This document shows positions 37,928-48,289 of a stretch of 64,000 nt of DNA, piece after piece. Source of the DNA: Marsupella aquatica (Eukaryota; Plantae; Marchantiophyta). Where the stretch lies: positions 829,573-893,572 of the forward strand of contig OZ316899.1 in the NCBI GenBank assembly GCA_973895155.1, given 5' to 3'. Made by a program: the position numbers and the translations under genes. The notes beneath the pieces were generated by a model that saw only the letters and a list, made by a program, of their open reading frames with translations, searched no databases and was not told where the DNA came from. How positions within the stretch are numbered: position 1 is the first letter of the stretch; each line of letters begins with the position of its first letter.

Positions 37928-39210
37928 AACTTTTGAAGCATTTTAAGTAACAAAATGAAGTCACTTAGAGAAGATGACTCGTAATCATCCACATTAACCT
38001 GACTACCTAGCATGCTGGCCTCTCCTCCAAAGCCCCCGATCTCTTCCTCCAAATATTGTTGGGCTGCTGCTGGTTGACTTTCCTCCACAGGTCCCTCCAC
38101 TTGGGCTCTGTTAGAAGCTCTTAATACCGTCCTCTCCTGGCTTCGGCTTACCTCCTCATCTGTCTCCGAATCCATTTGCTCGTCATATTTCTTTCTCTCT
38201 TCGGCAGTCATCTTCCTTTCGACCAATTGGATGCCTGCATATGGATTATTACGAGTAGGCCAGCGCAACGGATTTCTCACTACTTCATATGTTACTACCT
38301 CTGGCTCCTTGATAGGGGAATGCTCCCATTCTCGTGTTGCCGGTGTTGCCGACCTCCTCCTGTGGCGTCGTTTGCTTAGAGGCTCCTCGACCTCCTCCAC
38401 CTCCTCAAGTGGTGTAGTGATCGGCATCCGCTCCTGTATAGGCAACACCGGTGCAAAAGACTGGCTTCTTGCATATCGGCAAAGTAATTGCAGATGGTAC
38501 CCTAGTCTGGATACCGCTCCCTCCCCAATGCTTTGCTTCTCTTCATTTAATGCCTTCTTCAACTGCATTAAGAGATAGCCGTTGTAGTCTCGGCTTGCAT
38601 CGATATTCTCCACCAAAAATACCTGGACTTTGCCGATTTCTGCTCTCGACAAGGTACAATGCAATATGACTCTTAGGAAATCAATCAGCTGCCCTATATG
38701 CGGGTTGGTACATTGATTCCTGAAAAACCCATTCTTAGTGGAAGGCCCTGGAAATGACCTGAACTGGTCATCCGACAACGTCTTCCTCTGCTCCACCTTA
38801 GTCTTCCTTCCTGTTGGTAAAGCGAAGACGGCTTCGATAAGCGCAGGTGTTAGTTCGAACACCTTTCCATACAGCAGCGTCGTGTTGGAAGAAGCCTCCC
38901 AGCATCCCACGAAGTCCAACAGATCCTCATCTGGTATGTCTACCATCCTCCAGGCCAACCTGACAAAGCCCTCCAACCCAGTGTCATTCATATATCCTGC
39001 ATATTTATTATCCTGAACGACACTGAAGACCTCATCCTCATCTCTTGCAAACTGTAATTGTAAATCGGCAGGTAACCTGTTCGCCCACCTTGTCATGGTT
39101 TTATCCTCTACAGCCCGATCTCTAACTGGCCCGGATTCCATCTTGATTGGTCTCTCCGACCTAGTTCGCTTTGTTGGAGTGGCGGATGCCGAACCTCCCT
39201 TGCGCTTCAT
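37924..39210 (-). CDS. Retrotransposon accessory protein (putative plant-transposon-protein / PMD-like), 428 aa, possibly C-terminally truncated
   Basis: GLEGFVRLAW..LLDFVG..LTPALIEAVFALPTG..KNGFFRNQCTNPHIGQLIDFLRVILH; motifs shared with the 7768 and 50330 ORFs. Confidence 0.6.
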   Translation of the reverse strand: MKRKGGSASATPTKRTRSERPIKMESGPVRDRAVEDKTMTRWANRLPADLQLQFARDEDEVFSVVQDNKYAGYMNDTGLEGFVRLAWRMVDIPDEDLLDFVGCWEASSNTTLLYGKVFELTPALIEAVFALPTGRKTKVEQRKTLSDDQFRSFPGPSTKNGFFRNQCTNPHIGQLIDFLRVILHCTLSRAEIGKVQVFLVENIDASRDYNGYLLMQLKKALNEEKQSIGEGAVSRLGYHLQLLCRYARSQSFAPVLPIQERMPITTPLEEVEEVEEPLSKRRHRRRSATPATREWEHSPIKEPEVVTYEVVRNPLRWPTRNNPYAGIQLVERKMTAEERKKYDEQMDSETDEEVSRSQERTVLRASNRAQVEGPVEESQPAAAQQYLEEEIGGFGGEASMLGSQVNVDDYESSSLSDFILLLKMLQKF

Positions 39211-39899
39211 CTCTTTAGCGCCTTAATACTCCCCAAGAATGGCTTCCTTCGTCCACTTCGTAGTGTGAACCTTCAATTCCCAAAGTGGTTGCCCTACGTT
39301 CTTGATTGCCTCCCTAATCCCCATGACCTTATTCTCCCAGATCAGCAATTTGTCAAGCTCCACACTGGTGGGTGTCCACAAGAACTTTTCCAACACCTCC
39401 TCCGTATCTACGAATGCCATTTTGTGAATTCCCCACAATCGCGCAAGCTCCGCTCATTCTCTGGCTGCGCGCTCCGGCTCAATGTCTTCATACGTAGGTA
39501 TCAACTGCCTTGCTTCTTCAAGCAAACAGCCCCAAAACTTCCCTGCCTGATTCACCGTGTTCATTCCACCGAATGCCAAGAACTTGCACAATCTCCCAAT
39601 CCACCTTAGCACTCGACTGACAGTCGCTCCTCAATGTCAAAACCGTGTACACGAGAATGTGAAATGGCACAGTATTGGTCACCTTACTCCAAAGCCACCA
39701 CTTAGGGGTCCTTGTGATCAAGCATGGATTAGGTCATAACTCCAATCCGCTGGATCTCAACCATTGGATCCTTTCCTTTATTATCTACACGTAGAAATCG
39801 GCATCGATCTTTATTGTTACCTTATACTCTCTATCTACCCTTATTTAGCCATTTTTTTTAGGCTTAGTTATTACTTTGTGATCCTAGCAAGGCATCACA

Positions 39900-41010
39900 A
39901 GTCCCTTGAAGAGGAGCTCATGAACTTGGATGATGAGTTCTTCAAATGCGGAAGAGGAGCTCATGGGAACCGGAAGCGAAGCTGAGTCTGTGGCAAACAG
40001 GGACCCGACTGAAGGGGAAGAACGAGAAAGTGTTACCGCGCAGTCGAGGACCATTCATGTCATGGGCTCAATGAAAGGAAATGGTTATGCTTACCGAGAT
40101 GGATACTGGGCTCGAGCAAGTCCGGAGAGAGAGTGCCAGTTGGAAGGAATGGAAGGCAAGGTGCGGGCGCTCATTGATACTGGCTCGGAGATCAACTTGA
40201 TGGATCCAAAGGTGTTTCAAAAGGGGAATTGGCCGGTGGATAATGAGTTTCTTTGGAGTGTGAACTCGGTGAATTCAATGAAGGACTATCTTTGGGGCGG
40301 ATGTTTGAATGTGATGGTGAAGTTTGGGAATGTCAAGCAGGCTTGTAACATTTTTGTTCATGAGCACTTGTCATTTCCGGTGATACTGGGCATGCCGTTC
40401 ATCACTGAATGGAGGATGGAGACAAAGGTTCTGGACGATACTACCTTCATGGTGAAGGTTCAAGGCAAAGATGATAAGGAGGTGGTTCAGTTTCCGGCGG
40501 TTCTACCTGGAAATGAGAGGAACCAAAAGCAGCTGCGAGATCCGACAGCGGCAGAAGTTGGCATTGCTATGGGGGAGAACCGAGATGCTAAGATGGATCT
40601 AAATGCAGAGTTCAAAGGGGAGCCAATTTTGGACTGAAAGATGGGGAGTCTAGTGTTCAAGGAAGAGTGTTACTTAGGAGAGCTATTGGACATTGGGAAG
40701 TATTTGAGTGACTTTGGGAAGCGGCTGAAACGGGATGGTGAAGAGTTCGAAGACATTTGAGTGAATTCTGATAAGTTCATTCTTAGAGAGGGCTACCTTT
40801 GGCGGAACCTAACGGCCCCATGCTAGTACCGATGAGAGTTGTTGATTCTAAGGATGAGCAAAAGCGGATTTTGGAGGAAGTCTATGATGTTGAGGTCAAA
40901 GGTGGTTTGAAAGGAATAAGGGCGAAGGTCTGTGAGCAGATCCAAATGGAGTATTGGTGGCCAGATTTGTATTGGGATGTTTAGGAGTATGCTGACAATC
41001 GAGGGATCCA
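39900..41010 (+). pseudogene. pol: Tat/Athila-like Gypsy remnant: gag end, aspartic protease, then integrase zinc-binding-like region; RT/RNase H absent
   Basis: KVRALIDTGSEINLM..FPVILGMPF (protease); EQKRILEEVYD...QMEYWWPDLYWDV*EY (resembles the integrase H2C2 region). Confidence 0.75.
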
Positions 41011-41395
41011 TCACAACTTGAAGAGGCAGATTCAAGAGCTTGATCTGATTGACTATCGAGTCGTTGACATACGGGAGAGAGTGAAGGTTTGCAAGGTGCA
41101 AACTAGAGATGAAATGGACTCAAGTTCCGACTTGAGTGAATTTGAAGACGAGGCACTGGTCCAGGCGCATCCGTTGGACTTGAGTTTCAAAAGTGGCCTG
41201 ACTGGTTCTGATTCACATGAGTTGGACTTTGAGTTTTTGGAAAGTGGAGTGCCTAAGGCCGAGTCTGAAGGCTTTGGGTTTGAGTTTCTTGAGGAGGAAG
41301 TGGTCCAGGCGCATGGCTCAATTTTGGACTCAGACTTAGAGGATATCTGATGGATTGAAGCAGACCGGAGGCTGCTCAGGTTTACTGGGGGAGGA

Positions 41396-42207
41396 TGTCG
41401 TGCCGAAAGATTTTGGCTCAGGAATGGCTTTTATAGGGGAGGATGGGCGAGGCCTCCCAGTTGGGTTGCGTGCATGCTGACTTGGAGGGGTTGCTCGGTT
41501 GGATGGATTGAGGTTTGGTGATTGGGTGACTCGTCGTCACCAGGTTTGGTGTTTGGGTGAGTCACCAGGCTTGGAGTTTGGATGAGCCTCGCTGATGGCA
41601 GCTGGTTCAGGCTAGATGGTTGGGTTTCCAATGCTACTTAAGACTTGAGCCTTGGCTCATTGAGGTTGGCAGTTGTCTATTGAGATCTGTTGAGTTGCGT
41701 TCTGTGAGTTTCGCTCTGTTCTGCAGAACTTGACTGTTGTGCGGGGGATTTTAGAGTTCTTGGCAAGTGTTGGATCCAGGTGTGGAGTTTTTGATCCAGA
41801 CGGGGATTTCTCAAGTTTGGAGTCCGGTCGATCCAAGCGGGGATTTCTCGAGTTTGGAGCCTTGTTGGTCCAGGCCCGAGTTCCGTGTGAGCTGTTTTAG
41901 ACTAGTGGAGTAGCTAGTCGAGTTTTGGTTTTGTGAGCTAAGGAGGATAGTTTTTCCGTCAGATTTTGAGTAGTTAGTCACTCGAGGAGTTGTACTCGAC
42001 AAGTTAGAGGTAGCGGCCCATCGTAGGGTCAGCTACCAGACTCTTGCGGGCAAGCTTACTCAAGGGCACCTATTGTAACCTTTGTGAGAAAAGTAAAAAA
42101 TATAAAGGAGTGAGAGTTCGCTCCGAAAAGTGCTTGTTGCCAGTCCCAATTGCAGCCAGAAATGCACAGTTTGCCCAAGGAGCCCCTAACTTTAAGTCCT
42201 CGCGACA
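41396..42207 (+). mobile_element. 3' LTR (812 bp) of the Tat-like element
   Basis: GGGGGAGGA polypurine tract at 41387-41395; TGTCGTG...CGCGACA termini; right end abuts truncated RT sequence. Confidence 0.8.
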
Positions 42208-43200
42208 ACGTCAAAGGTTTTGCAGTTGAACTGAATCCTTTCACATACCTTTGATAGAAGTTTGCAAGCCCCAAAAATGCTCGGACTCTACTCACATCTG
42301 TAGGCTGAGGGATGCCAGCAATTGCCTCCACCTTTGTTTGTTGCACACCCAATCCACCTGGATAAATAGTATGCCCTAAATATGCAATCTGGTCATGGAA
42401 GAACTTACATTTGCCAGGATGCAGCTTCAATCCATGCTCTCTCAACCGCTCAAACACCTGCTGCAAATGTACAACATGCTCCTCCACAGTGTCACTGTAC
42501 ACAATAATGTCATCGATATAACATTTGGCAAAATCCAGGTCTACCAAAATCCAATCCATGACCCTCTGAAACTCAGCTGGCGCATTCTTCAATCCAAACG
42601 GTAAGAATAGCCACTGATACAACACATCCTTCCCATGAGCATCAATCCCCTAGAATGTTGTCTTCTGTCTGTCACCAATTCTAATAGGCAGTTGGTGATA
42701 TCCAGCCCTGAGATCCAATGCGCTAAACACTCTCACATGCCCAATGGCATCAAATATCTCCTCTGGTGTGGGCATGGCATACCTGTCAGACTTAGTCTGC
42801 TGATTAATTGGATGATAGTCTCCACACATCCTCATGTCAGTCCAATTGCCATGCATATCCTTCTTTGCTGGCATCACAGTGGCAGAAGCATACTCACCAA
42901 ATGACTTCTCCACAAATCCTGTTGCCAACAAATCTTGGCACCTTGCCTGAATCAGTGCCCTCTCCATATCGGAATACTGATATGGTCTCCGAAAGATGGG
43001 CGCATCAACTGCCAAATCTATCCGGATGCCTGGTCCCTTTAACATGCCCAAATCCTGCATGCTGAAAGCAAAACAACTTCCATAACTCCATAGAAACTGT
43101 TGTACACGGCGTCTCTCACCTCCAGTGATCTTGGGGCCAATAGTTGGCTCCCAATTGTTAATGGTAACCTCAGCAAAAGGTGCAGAGAACGCCAACCGTG
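42208..43200 (-). pseudogene. pol: Ty3/Gypsy reverse transcriptase (truncated before RNase H by the LTR at 42207)
   Basis: PIFRRPYQYS..YASATVMPAKKD..RMCGDYHPIN..LDLRAGYHQ..LPFGLKNAPAEFQRVM..CYIDDIIVYS..AFLGLANFYQRY. Confidence 0.96.
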
Positions 43201-43379
43201 GTTGCTATGTTGCAACCTCAAGAGCAGCAATACCATGCTGCTGCAAAAAAGAAAGCCCACTGGCCTCTCCACCCCATGAAGTCCAAGGATGACGATCTGT
43301 GGCACTATCGCCTCCTGCTATGATCTATAAGGACCCAATAGAGGAAGAGCATCCATGTTGAGGTGTCACAGATTGTAAT

Positions 43380-44355
43380 CGGCGCTGCTCTGCCAAGGCT
43401 AAGCTCACAATCCAAGTCAAACAATTAAGATCCATAGCCTAACCCAGAATGTGATGGCGTGTTGCTTCAGTCACTGAGGGTACTGCTGTGGGGCGAGTCT
43501 GAAATCCCATAGCACGCTCATGCTCATCGGCAGTAGGTTCCGTCAACTCTCTGTGCTGGGAATCCCAAATTAACCCCGGTCCACCATTACGGTAAGCATA
43601 TGATGAGGGGAAACTCACCAAAGTGGGAAGTGCTGCATGGGGCTGACCAACCCGGTTCACCATTGCCAATGGGGAGCGATCATCGTGACGCACCAACTGT
43701 GCATGCCATCCAGCATCCAAAATGCGGTCCACAGTGAGCCCAATAGGCCGTATAATGTGCTGATATGCCCTCCGCAAAACCTCAGGCGGCATCAAGTTGG
43801 TCCACCATAATCGTGGACGATGTGCTGTTGATCCGACACTAGGAGCATCTAAAAAACAGCAGGTCCTAACCAGGACCTCACTTGGTGCATACTAGCCACC
43901 ATCTGTGACCGAGTATCACCCAACAAGGGAACATTCTCCAGAATGTAGGCAGGAGAGACATGCTGCTGCTCCTGCAAAAACCTCATGACATGCAGCATCT
44001 CCCAAAACATGTGAGAACGATGGTCTTTGAGACCAGATCATGTCCTAGCAGAGGAATGGCCCTGGCATGGCCAACCAGCAATGACAAGGTGAATCTCACC
44101 AATGCGTACTAAATCCGGCGCCCCCAAAAGTGAGATGTCTGTTGGCAAAGCGTGCAGATAACCTCTGATAGCTGATAGAGGCAACAAATCAGGGAACTGC
44201 TAATGCAATTGAGCAACATGATGCAATGAGACACGTCGGGCTGTGTCATCGCGCTCCACATAGAAATACTGCTACACTCTAATGCTAGCATGTAAGACAA
44301 CAGCTAAACCAGTGCTCATGCCACCAAACAATTCCAACAAGCGAATACCCTCAGT
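43380..44355 (-). pseudogene. C5 DNA cytosine methyltransferase domain (DNMT3-like motif order) within the Gypsy polyprotein; disrupted
   Basis: Hand translation: I LLELFGGMSTG; II YVERD; IV IAGWPCQGHS (Cys codon 44065-44067); VI YILENV (43930-43938); VIII HRPRLWWTN; IX EHERAMGF; X RHHILG*AMD. Stops at 44272, 44200, 44038, 43439 and a frameshift at ~43851. Confidence 0.92.
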
Positions 44356-45189
44356 AGGGTAGGTCCACAAAATGGGAGTGGTATCCAAAGGGGACACAAT
44401 GATCAACCTAGGAATGCCATCCACCACAGATGGCTCCGCTAAAGGGGCAAATGGTTGATGCCATGTTGCCTGTGTATATGAATCAGCATGCCATTGTAGC
44501 TCAGGAGTGGAACCCCATACCTGTGGGACAACGGGAATGCTGCAATTACCTGAGGAGTCGTGCAACTGCTCTACTACGGGGATGTCTGCAGCATGGGCAT
44601 TACCCTCCAAGAGATCACCTGGCCAGGTGATAGCTCCAGCACAAGCTGACAAACTAATCACCTTCTCTGGTGATGGCTCAGTCTGACGCAGGAAGTAGTG
44701 GACTGGTAGCTCACACTTCCTACCATCTCCAGACTGCCATCCTGGTCGATAGTGAACAGTCTCTTGCCAGTAATCCAACACAAAGCCCATGGGGTAGAGT
44801 ACGGCTCCCCCTACCAAAACATCATAAGACTCTGCAAGTGTGACAACGGCTCGCACCTTCAAGGTAGAGTCATCTCCAGTGCGGTGGGGATTTAACCTCA
44901 TAGTGAGGTTGTCTCGCATCATGTGCTGTGCCTTCTCTTGGACACCAAGAGATGTATGAATCTGAAATGGGCAAGGCTCCACCTTAGCCTTCTTTAAGCC
45001 CAAGCCCTAGACAGCTGCTTTCCCCAGCATGAGAGGTTGTGCACCTGAATCCAACAATACACGGGGTGGCACATACACTGTGCCACTAGGGCCAACCAAT
45101 GTAAAAACACCAGCATGATTGTCCACCACAACCACACCGGGAGTCACAGCACTTCGATCAATGGCTGGTTTGGCAGGGAGCTCACTCAA
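44356..45189 (-). pseudogene. pol: Retropepsin aspartic protease plus linker of the methyltransferase-bearing Gypsy element
   Basis: RVLLDSGAQPLMLG...YDVLVGGAVLYPMG. One stop at ~45007. In frame with methyltransferase motif I (ORF 44272-45003). Confidence 0.85.
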
Positions 45190-47165
45190 TCAAGCAGCAG
45201 AAGCCTGCCAAGAAGTCTCAACGTCTCTCAACAAAGAATGGCTCGACCTTGTGTCATCTGGGCCAACCGATGGACCAGCTGTGTCATAGCTAGATGGCAA
45301 AACTGCTCCAATATCATACAATGCAGCTACCTGGCGGAACATATCTGCAACAGGAACTCCAAGGGAAGATAATTGAGCACAAGAAAACAATGGAACCTGA
45401 CACAAGGCTCTAGCGGCCCCCAACATTGGGCTAATTACCATGTCAGAATCAATGTTGGGTGGCCCCATGTGATCACAAGAGTGGACAGAAGGCACACTGC
45501 TATCAGCAATGGGTGCCATAGTAGAAGTTTGTGCAGTATCCATCAATGTAAAACTCTGTGGTAATCTCTGTTGTCGGCTGGCCTCCCCTTGTTGTGGATC
45601 CAGCTCCATGGCAGCACCTCGTGGCTCAGCAACCATAGCCACTATTCTGATGACATCTGCACCACTGTCTAATTGTGCAACACCGCACATGTAATCCAAG
45701 TCACTGAATCCAGGAGCAATCTGGGAACTATCCATGGTGTTGGAACTAGAGGCCTCTCCTTTGCTAGGGGCCCGCAACGCCAAATTGGCTGCTGCCAACT
45801 ATTTCTCCAACTCCTGGATCTGGGTGGCTGCTGCAAGATCAGTGCTCTATGCACCGGCTCCGGGGACTACCCTGTCACCTCCACGACCAGGGCGGGGGCC
45901 TCCACGACCTTTAGGAGCAACTCCCCTGCGGGCAGCACCAAAACGCATCTCTGGATGCAGCTCAAAACACCTGTCAATAGTATGCCCATCTCGGTGACAA
46001 TGGTCACAACGCCTAAGATCAGGCTGTCTAGGGGCAGCTCCACCCAGCTCTGCACGTGGTGGACCCTTCCTATCAGGGCAATCACGTTGGTTATGAGGTC
46101 CCTTTCAGCTCTAGCACTCCACCTGAGTGGCATAAGAGGGCTGAAAGGGACGTTGGGGTGCTGTTGCTCTCCTGCCACCAGCAACAGCACCACTAGGAGC
46201 ATTGGATAGTGCCCTCCCTGGCACATTCCCCAATCGATGTGGCTGCTGCCCACCAGATGGACTAGCAGCACTGCCTCCAGGGGACTCCTTGCCAAATCCA
46301 GGGTGATAACCTTCTTCTCTGACCGGTTCATGTCAATGGTATCAGAAAGCAGGAAAACTTTCTCCAGTGTCAGTTTCTCATCAGTGGCCAACGCCAAAAA
46401 CCAAACCCGGTTCCTCAAATCCTTATCCAGGGCCTGGTACCAAATTTGGATAGCCTGAGCATCAGTAATGCCCTCCGTGGTATTGATCAACCGCCTCATG
46501 CGCGTGTATGCCTTGCGCAAACTCTCACCCTCCATCCGGCTGAATGTCTGGAGACTCAACAACTTGTCCACGCAGACACCCTGGTAATTCTTCTTCAACA
46601 CCTTGAAGAACTCCACCATCGGGTTGAACCTGGGGATTGACAACAATGTGCTAGCACCCTCTTCCTCCTTTGAGGACACGTCTTCACCTGTGAGTGAGAC
46701 GTAATCTGGAGACCACTTGCGTCTCCAAGACTCAATGTGCTCAGCATACATCGTCTAGAACTCCTCATAGTCATGCATGGGTGGCCCCTCCAAGTGCTGG
46801 AACAATGCCCGCCATGCCATGAAAGGGGAGAATGTCGTGCTGTGTAACTTTTGTTGATCACACCACCGCTCAAACTCCATAATGAAATGTGGCAACTCCA
46901 TGGTGCCAACATCTCCCGAAAACCTCTGAATCCGACTATCCGTGGAATGCTCCATGTCCCAATTATAGGGACTAATGCGTGAATACAGTGACAACTGGGA
47001 CAGTAATCGAGTCGCCTCCTCCACGGCAGGGTCAGTGCTAGTGCTACGCCTAGGTGACACAATGCCTTCTTCTACCTCCAATGGTCGAAATCGGGCACCA
47101 CTGCGAGTCACTCCTATCTCCAGTTTGGCTATGCAGCAAACTGTGGCACTCCTGCTGCACAACAA
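45190..47165 (-). pseudogene. gag: gag of the methyltransferase-bearing Gypsy element, with an intact CCHC zinc knuckle (45967-46008) and a second degraded one
   Basis: VTRSGARF..FSGD..FIMEFERWC; LQTFSRMEGESLRKAYTRM; CDHCHRDGHTIDRC in an alternative frame to the ORF track. Confidence 0.85.
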
Positions 47166-48289
47166 TCACTTGGCAGCAACTACCGCCAACGACTACAACA
47201 AGATCACCTTAAAAATGGCCAAAAAATGAAATGTGTCAAAATCGTGTTCAAACAACTGATTCTGAGCCAACGAGCCGCATCCAGCCCTGTAATCAATGAG
47301 AAAAATGGGCGTTGAACGGCCAAGCTATGGTCTCTCAACCACAGGGGGGTCAAAATGGATCCAAGAAGTCCCCAAAAATCAGCTCTCGGATTTTCTGCTG
47401 GAAAAATCACAAAGGAAGCTTCCTGGAAGCTTTCTACCCCACACTTGCCCAGAAATTGTTGGAAATACGTTCAAAATGGGAAAAATACGGCCAAAAGATG
47501 GAACATAGACCCCTTTTCAAATTTAAACACACGAATAAAATAATGATGGGAACTAAAAGGCTGAAACCCACATGGGTCCTTCTTTATGGACACCTCCATA
47601 CGTGGGATCCCCTATTGTGTTTTTTTATGTTTGGTTGTAATCCAAAAGAGAGACACAAAGGAAGAGAAAAAGAGAAAAAAACAAAAAAAACAAAACAAGA
47701 GGTACACAAATGATTCTCCCCCCTTCACAGTCTCGTACTTTGGCCCTAGTGGACAGCCCTTGTCATAGGTGACTCTTGACCTTCCTCTGAACCTTGTACC
47801 TTCCTTGGGCAGGGCACCTGCCAAGCAGGAGTACTATGTCCACCTTTGACTCTCCTTTTAATATTGAAAAGATTCTCTACCCAATCCCTCTTTCTTTCGC
47901 TTCAAAGTAAAAACAAGGGAAGCGAGGGTCAGAAGGGACTAAAAAGGTATAAAAGACACTAAGGGTAATAAATGTGGCAAAAGATTTTTAAAAATGGGCT
48001 AAAGGTAACATAAGGTGTTGTGGTTGTTTTTGGATTTAACAACCACGAGAGGTGGGTGGTCAGGTCTTGAGCCCCTCACACAAAAATCCAATTTCTCTTG
48101 GATCCCCCCAAAGTGGTTTTCTTCCCAAAATAAGTATGCCACCAACTAACCAGGCTTTTGGCCTTGGGATGCCCTTGTCTCCTAGGCTAGGGTAGGGTCC
48201 AAACCTACCCTTGCCTCCAAACTAGACACAAAATGTATGAACAATGTAACTCCATAAAATAGTCAATTACACCACAATTTGAGTTGACA

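Larger units (their letters stand above)
36246..39899. mobile_element. Unit C: TG..CA-bounded segment with minus-strand ORF cassette and no gag/pol
   Basis: The left end TGTCACGTCG is confirmed by a second copy at 59864. The right end ...GGCATCACA at 39899 is a candidate (flanks AGTGG vs AGTCC, imperfect). Confidence 0.6.

Noticed and set aside
43380-44355. DIRS-type adenine methyltransferase or host DRM gene
   Set aside because: Motifs are C5-type (PC, ENV) rather than DPPY. There is no tyrosine recombinase, a protease is present, the motif order is not permuted as in DRM, and there are no introns or UBA domains.
45867-46250. C-terminal half of the 294-aa ORF in the track
   Set aside because: It is off-frame; the gag zinc knuckles lie in another frame, implying a frameshift.
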